A program made the position numbers and the translations under genes. DNA of 61,271 nucleotides, counting the filler, from Bipalium vagum (Eukaryota), in the NCBI GenBank assembly GCA_037834085.1. It is 3 parts of 3 records of this genome, joined end to end, with 100 filler letters (N's around TTAATTAATTAA, not from the genome) between each part and the next. Parts side by side here need not be neighbours in the genome. Positions count along the whole stretch, not along the records: positions 36,860 to 61,271 come from JBBMKC010201383.1; 2 more parts are not named here. One strand, given 5' to 3'. Below the pieces are notes generated by a model that saw nothing but the letters and a program-made list of their open reading frames with translations, was not told where the DNA came from and did not search any database. Shown piece after piece: positions 55,006-61,271 of the stretch. The stretch's first letter is position 1. The number at the start of each line of letters is the position of its first letter.

Positions 55006-56653
55006 ATAATAAGAATCAATAAATAATCAAATACAATCAATTAAATCAGAATATTAATCAAATGTCTTAAGAAAATATCAATTTGAATTAAAGATTAATT
55101 TTAAACAGATATTTTAAAAAAGAAAAATAATGATCCTCTCACCGATTTGTCGACGACAAGTTTTGACATTTTGACTTTGCGCTTTTCAGACATTTGGCTA
55201 ATATTGAATCTATGTAACCATGCAATTTTGCGCATTAATAAAGTTTTATTGTGGGGTTTTCATTAAATTCAGTTTAAATTTGTGTGACAGTAAAAGAGAA
55301 GCGAACACAACATTGCTAAGTGATGGGTTATTGATTACGAGGGAAAGTTACTTGATAAGGTATAATAGTAACACTATTCAATGAGTCAGATGTGTTTGGT
55401 TTACCCAAGACATCCACTCGGAAAATAAAACCAAGAAAAGGGATTTAAATTTTAATAATAATAATTAAAGTTAATTGATTATAAAAAAGCAATTAAAAAT
55501 TCCCAGATATTTTTATTTTGAAATTACTTATAAAAGTAAAACATCCATCAAAAAGTATTTTTTTAAAGAATTCTAAAAGAGGTAATTTATAAATATTAAC
55601 AGTCATCAGGAAAGAAATTTTAGAGTTTTGACAAAATTTTTAGAAAAATCTCCAAATGAAGATTAGACTCAGAAAGGTATATAAGCAGAAGGATTTCAGT
55701 ATAATTCCACCCTGGTAAAATTATTTCAAGAAAGTATTCGTAAAGAAGATATTTATTTGCCGTTCGAGAAAATATTCAAGAAGTATATCCAGTTTTATTA
55801 ATATTGGACTATGGTTAAAATTCCCCATCAGCGGATTATTGGTGAGCAACCGTTAGGGGTCAGACGATAACTCGGGAGTTTTAGCCGAAGATTTTTTCCT
55901 TTTTGTTTTGTTTTCTTTAAAATAATTATCTTAAGTATTTTTCAATTAAGATATCATATTTGATTCATTTTTAATATCAGATTTGGACATTATTGCTGTT
56001 TGGTTATTTAATAATTATTTTTTTATTTGAGATGTAGGATAAGATTCTATATATGATAAAATTGAATCTAATTTGAACACCGTACACAATAAAAATTCAA
56101 AGGAAAAATAAAGTTTGCATAAATAGAAATCATTTGCAGAACCCTGTCCAAAAATAATTCAGACAGAAGAAGAAAAGCCCCGGATACCGATCATAAAATG
56201 TTATCAAACTCCTTTAGAAAAAGAATTTTGAAAAATACCATACATTCCAATCGAATTTTTTAAAAAGGGAAAATAACCGATTTTGCTTTAGTTATTTAAA
56301 AGTCCAGACGAGGGATTTTCAAAGAATAATTTCTTTACAGTTAAATTATTTGTTGTTTATCTATTTTGTCTAAATACACAAATTTAAAAATCGCTTTGTC
56401 TATTTTATCTGTCTAATGACGATCGCCAAAAGCTTTACAATTCATTAATTTTTTCCATCACAACGTCACTGAGACTACAATGCGAACGAATTATAGAAAT
56501 ATTTCCTAAAAAAACCATATCAACTACAAAATGTTCTGCGAAACACAAAACCAAGCATGACGCTGAGAGAGAAAGCGTTTACAATGGCAAATAATTCTTG
56601 TCACTGGTTACGTTTGCTTAAATAGGATTCTAAAAATAGCTGGCCGTCAATAA

Positions 56654-56689
56654 CCAATCCAACCGGTTGCCAGCCAAAGCACGGCCAAT
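56654..56689 (+). promoter_or_regulatory. Two CCAAT boxes upstream of the KLF start codon
   Basis: CCAAT at 56654 and 56685, 31 bp apart, within a locally GC-richer segment. Confidence 0.3.
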
Positions 56690-56725
56690 GACGGTGCGAT
56701 CTATTTTAGTCGTCAGCCTTCTGCC

Positions 56726-57403
56726 ATGAATATAATGGCAAACGTGAAGCTAGAACAATCTCTCGTCAAATCACCAATGTTTTTCACGACTCCTTCGATC
56801 GAGAACAATGAACAGTTCGACGATTTTTCAGACTACGAACATTTGCTCGATTACGATTTTATTATCGAAAACACAACATCTGGCGAAACTGGAAAAGATT
56901 TCGTCGAAAGCGAACAGTACGACTTTCTTCACGTCTTGATGAGCTTGAAGAAGTCACAGATCGATCTCATTTTTCAGTTGATTCAAGAGCGCAACCTTCG
57001 CAAACCTCGAACCATTTCGACAATCAAATCGTCAATCTATCACATTGACGCTGTGAAATCTTGCCGCAATCACAGTGACATTGCTGGCAACGTGGATTCT
57101 ACTTATGCTTGTCCCTACAATGGCTGCCTCAAGGTCTATAGCAAGCGATCACATTTGAAGGCCCACGTACGTATCCACACGGGTGAAAAGCCGTTCCCGT
57201 GCGACTGGCCTCAGTGCGGATGGAAGTTCGCCCGTTCCGACGAGCTTACTCGTCACTACCGCAAGCACACCGGCCAGCGTCCATACAAGTGCCCGTCGTG
57301 TGACAAGAGCTTTGCCCGGAGCGATCATCTTCTTCTGCACAAGCGTAAACACATTTCGTCGTCGCAATCCGCAGCGGTGTCCAAATCCTCTAGAGCATTC
57401 TGA
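56726..57403 (+). CDS. KLF: Krueppel-like factor (three C-terminal C2H2 zinc fingers), intronless
   Basis: [79 protein letters not shown] is the canonical KLF triple finger. No Sp/Btd box. Intact 225-aa ORF with a GCCATG start. Confidence 0.95.
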   Translation: MNIMANVKLEQSLVKSPMFFTTPSIENNEQFDDFSDYEHLLDYDFIIENTTSGETGKDFVESEQYDFLHVLMSLKKSQIDLIFQLIQERNLRKPRTISTIKSSIYHIDAVKSCRNHSDIAGNVDSTYACPYNGCLKVYSKRSHLKAHVRIHTGEKPFPCDWPQCGWKFARSDELTRHYRKHTGQRPYKCPSCDKSFARSDHLLLHKRKHISSSQSAAVSKSSRAF

Positions 57404-59030
57404 CGTTGGCCTTCACGAAAAGGTACTTCCATGTTCGAAATCGGCGAAAAAAATCAATCAAGTCCGTTTCTCTCCTTCACCGCCCTCATCGCCATCATCA
57501 CTGCCATGATAAAATATATATAACTACGTCGATTTTTATCAATCGATGCGACCAATTTTGATGTATTTTTACTACTGACAACTTATCAGCGACAATATTA
57601 CGAAAAAACTATTTGTTATGATTATTAACTTGATTTTTTTTCAAAAAATATATTCGATGATTGTCTTTTTGCACCGAAATGCGGCTATTTGTGGAATGTT
57701 TTTTCAATTTTCGCTGGCTGTGATGATTAAAAACATTCGGAGTTCTAGTTTTCACAAGTATTAGAAAAGCCTAGATAGATTTCAACGGTACAGAGCAATT
57801 TGAGTTATTGATCTTTTAATTATTGGCACTTTTGTTATGATGAAAGGTTTTAACGAATAAACCAATTAAATTCACTTACAAAGCAGAAAGTTATGTCTGA
57901 GTTATTTGAACTGATCAAATATATTTTATTGGTTCTCAAAGTAATATTCAAACAAATTAATTTTCTTACTTTATTTAAATAAGTCGTTTTTATTAGAATT
58001 TAGGATGATAGAATAAACGAAACCCGAAAATGATTTAGAATAATTAAAGAATTTTTTATTATAGTTAATATATTAACCAATCGGTAATTTATCTAACTTC
58101 AAACATCCATAGCCTCGTCTCTTCTATCGCCATGTAACATAAGTAGCTATTTAATGGCGTTTTAAACCAAAATTTAAAAATATTTATCACAAAGTTTTTC
58201 ATTTTTACAATTTTAAAATCATAAATGCAATCAACACCGAAGAAAAATAAAAATTGGCAATTTTAAAAAACTCAGTTGATACCATGAGCGCATAATTATA
58301 ATTCGAACCACATTAAAAAATAAAATATAATCTCATTTAATTATTCTGTTGCGGCAACTTTTGCTCATCTCACCTGACCTAAGGTAAGCTTATATTAAAA
58401 AGTATTATATTTAAATAAATGCAAACGAATTTAGAAAAATTTTATTGAGTTACTTACAAGTTGGATCACATATATGACCTAGTAATTATTTCATAAAATT
58501 TCATTAGAATACTATCCATTCAAGTTGATCTTATTTTTTTGAAAAAATCTACCTATTTTTATTGAACTAGGCTAGTTGTAATATTTGTACAAGCTAGTAG
58601 ATTTTGGACATTTGATAATTGAAGACATGAGTGAATTCAAGGTTTAAACGAGAGTTTATTGAATGGATTTGGATGTGAGTAACATTCTCATATTCCTTAA
58701 GAGGAACTGATATTATCAATAAAAAAGATGTTTTTCATTTTGTTGATAAATTCATTAATAAATTTATTGGTTTTCACATTCAAGAAATAGAAAAGTCCTG
58801 CACTGCTGGACTTTTTTCAATAAAATATAAATCATATTTTCTACCACTGCAGAATCTATATATCGTAACTTTTGTGAAATGGCATTCCACTTTTTACTCT
58901 GCTTTGTATTTTAAACGAAATAAAAATTTGTTTTTTAAAAACTTTAGATAGTTAATTAAATATATAAAGTAAATTAAATTTTTTTAAAGATATATAAATA
59001 AATATTTTTATTTTTTTCTAAAAAATAGAA

Positions 59031-59568
59031 ATGAAAATTACTGAGGATAAATTAAAAAATATTATTGAAGTAGAAAAATCTAATCAAATAACTTTTAATG
59101 GAAAAATACTTAAGTAATAAAATAATTAATGAATTAAAAGAAAAAATTAATGAAGACAAAGAAGATGGAATTTTACCATTAATTTCATTAATAGAAGCAA
59201 TATTTGCAGCCTTAGGAGCAGCTGGTGAAGTTACTGGAGCAGCTGCAACAACAGTTCAAAAATCAAAAGAGGCTCAAAAAAATAATGCAGAGAAAGAAAA
59301 GATTGAATTGGAAAAAAAGAAATTAGAAATGGAAGTTGAAAAACTTAAACCTAAAGAGGAACAAAAATCTGAAGCTGGACATTACTTCGATCCATATTTT
59401 GGAAAAGGTTTCAGAGATACGATTTTAATTAGTTCAGAATATAAAAGTTTACAGAAATCTGAAAGGAAAGTTTTAAAGGAATTATTGAAAAAGCTTTGTA
59501 AAAATAAAATTAAAATAAATAAACAAGGATCTGGTCTATTTTTTGACTCTTACGAGAAAAGTAAATAA
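59031..59568 (+). CDS. Polinton/adintovirus pX-like small virion protein (probably frameshifted at the 5' end)
   Basis: KEDG-ILPLISLIEAIFAALGAAG..TGAAA resembles the adenovirus pX C-terminus (GG-ILPLLIPLIAAAIGA). It is followed by a coiled coil and two GxG(H/L)(Y/F)FDxY repeats. An upstream ATG at 59031 is in another frame. Confidence 0.72.
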
Positions 59569-59672
59569 GCACACTGAAGGGTCTTTTTTCAAACTCAAAA
59601 GTTGTCCAACAATATTTTTTACCCAACTCAAAAATATTTCTAACAATTTTTTTTCCAATTTTTTAAAAAAAA

Positions 59673-60060
59673 ATGACAAAAGAAATAGTGGAATTCTTTT
59701 GTAAATATGTTATAAATACAACTACAAAATTTGATTTAATTAATATTGCAAAAAATTTAGATATACCCTTAAAAGTTTTCATGAAAGATGAAGAAATTAA
59801 AATAAAAATATTAATTCTGATATTCCGTTAATAATTGAATTTCAAAATTTGAAAGAAGAACGAATCCATTGGCTTGGATATTATAATTGTGTTTATTTTG
59901 ACTCTTATGGTTTACCTCTTCTTCAAGTATGATACCTGAAAGTACATAAGTATATGAACGAACTAAAGTATTCAATAAAGTAGATTTTCAAAGTGAAATG
60001 GATTTGTTGTATAGTGGACGATTAACTTTATATGTTTTATATCAAATTTGTAAATAGGTT
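59673..60060 (+). pseudogene. Adenain-type (Polinton/Maverick) cysteine protease pseudogene
   Basis: TT.FDLINIAKNLDIPLKVFMKDE, a frameshift, then IHWLGYYNCVYFDSYGLP, a stop, and FN..DFQ...LYSGRL. Catalytic His, Asp and Gln are present; the Cys position reads Ser. Confidence 0.8.
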
Positions 60061-60221
60061 TCATTTAATAATTATTGTTCTTTTAAGAAATTTATAGAAA
60101 TTTTAGAAGAGTTACAAAATGGTATTTTAGAAAAATTTAAAAATTAAATTTTATTTAAAAAAAATGCAAGCCTCGCACACTGAAAGACTCACTTTTGAAA
60201 CCAAAGGTTTCGAGTCGATTT

Positions 60222-60410
60222 ATGATTGTAAAAAAAAATACATTACTAGAGTTCTTATGTAAATATCGAATTAACTCAACTACAAACTTTGATTTAATTG
60301 ATATTGCTGAAGAATTAGAAATGCCATTAAAAGTTGTAATGAAAGATGAAGTAACAGAAAAAAGAATAAAATTTGAAGTTTCATTAATTATTAATTATCT
60401 AAATCATTAA
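60222..60410 (+). pseudogene. Second, truncated paralogue of the adenain-type protease (N-terminal part)
   Basis: LEFLCKYRINSTTNFDLIDIAEELEMPLKVVMKDE versus VEFFCKYVINTTTKFDLINIAKNLDIPLKVFMKDE in copy 1. Stops before the catalytic His. Confidence 0.75.
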
Positions 60411-60449
60411 GTATTTTTTTTAAAAATAAAAGTGAAAATAAATTTTTAA

Positions 60450-61271
60450 ATGTTACTGGAGATTCAATGAAAAGAATTTAATATGAATAATAATAAAATA
60501 ATAAATATTCCAAATCCTACTGAAGAAAATGATGTTGTAAATAATGAATATACATATATATGATAAATTAAGTACAATAAGAAGTGAAAAAATAATTAAT
60601 TTAAATGATAAAACAATTAATATTAAAAATTTGAAAATGATTTAAATGAATTAAATATAAAAATTAAAAATATAGAAAAAAATTTCCATGATAAAAAACT
60701 AAAATCAAAAAAATATATTTCAAAACAAAAATCTTTTATGAAGAAGATGATTATAAAATAATAAATGAAACATTTAAACCAAATATTTGGCTTTCATTTT
60801 GGAAATCACCAATATCAAAAAGTATAAATTTTTCTGGTCTGAATATCATTGCAAATAATGATGGATATTTATTTGGAAATATTTCTAATTCTCTAATTGA
60901 ACCTTTTACAATAATATTAGATGCAGAAAAAATTAATTATAAAAAAGATGATATTATAATTTTGGAACAGAAAATAAATATGATGTGTTTGGTTGGTATA
61001 ATAATAATATGAATTATTTTTTGTTAATGGAAAATCAATAGGTCGAACAGAAGTAACAGAATCTAAATTCGGAATCGATTTAATATTTATAAGATGCACT
61101 TACTTTTCCGACACTTTTTCTATAATTCAGAAAAAGAATATTCAACAATTTTTCCATCAAGTCGTAAGTATGAATTTCAATTTAATTCAAAAAGATAAAA
61201 ATTTATGAAATCATAATTTTTAAAAGAAATTTATTTAAAAGTGAAATGGAAGAGATTGAAATTTTTATGAA
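60450..61271 (+). pseudogene. Decayed fibre/spike-like gene of the Polinton-like element (runs off the window)
   Basis: VTGDSM..(fs)..NMNNNKIINIPNPTEENDVVNNEY resembles the GD.M.G.LNM...KI.NL..P....DAVNK.Y fibre/neck motif. It is followed by Lys/Asn-rich coiled-coil-like remnants with frameshifts. Confidence 0.5.

Larger units (their letters stand above)
59031..61271 (+). mobile_element. Polinton/Maverick (adintovirus-like) endogenous viral remnant
   Basis: Co-oriented, intronless, very A-rich pX-like, protease (two copies) and fibre-like genes. No TIR, integrase, PolB or capsid gene seen in the window. Confidence 0.72.

Noticed and set aside
57149-57509. Overlapping ORFs 57149-57367 (-) and 57183-57509 (+)
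   Set aside because: Alternative-frame shadows of the GC-rich KLF zinc-finger region.

Overview
AT-rich, intron-containing eukaryotic (metazoan, probably invertebrate) genomic DNA. Two 100-nt N-gaps each carry an artificial TTAATTAATTAA linker, so the window is probably three joined contigs. Host genes were reconstructed by hand from splice sites and phases. They are a partial RSPRY1-like gene (4 exons, +), the C-terminal C2B exons of a synaptotagmin-15-like gene (+), the 5' part of a KChIP/calsenilin gene (+), a complete 5-exon REEP5/DP1 gene (-), a Cys-loop nAChR-like subunit (+) lying head-to-head with REEP5, and an intronless KLF zinc-finger gene (+). The nAChR-like subunit has a strongly shortened loop C and Met at pore position 9'; its M3-M4 exons were not found. 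Introns and intergenic DNA are full of decayed IS630-Tc1-mariner transposons (mariner, Tc1, pogo/Tigger, DD37D, DD41D, DD37E, IS630-like), MITEs, a probable solo LTR and a tRNA-like pseudogene. The last 2.2 kb is a decayed Polinton/Maverick (adintovirus-like) virion module: a pX-like protein, a tandemly duplicated adenain-type protease and a fibre-like gene. All family assignments come from recalled motifs; no database searches were run.
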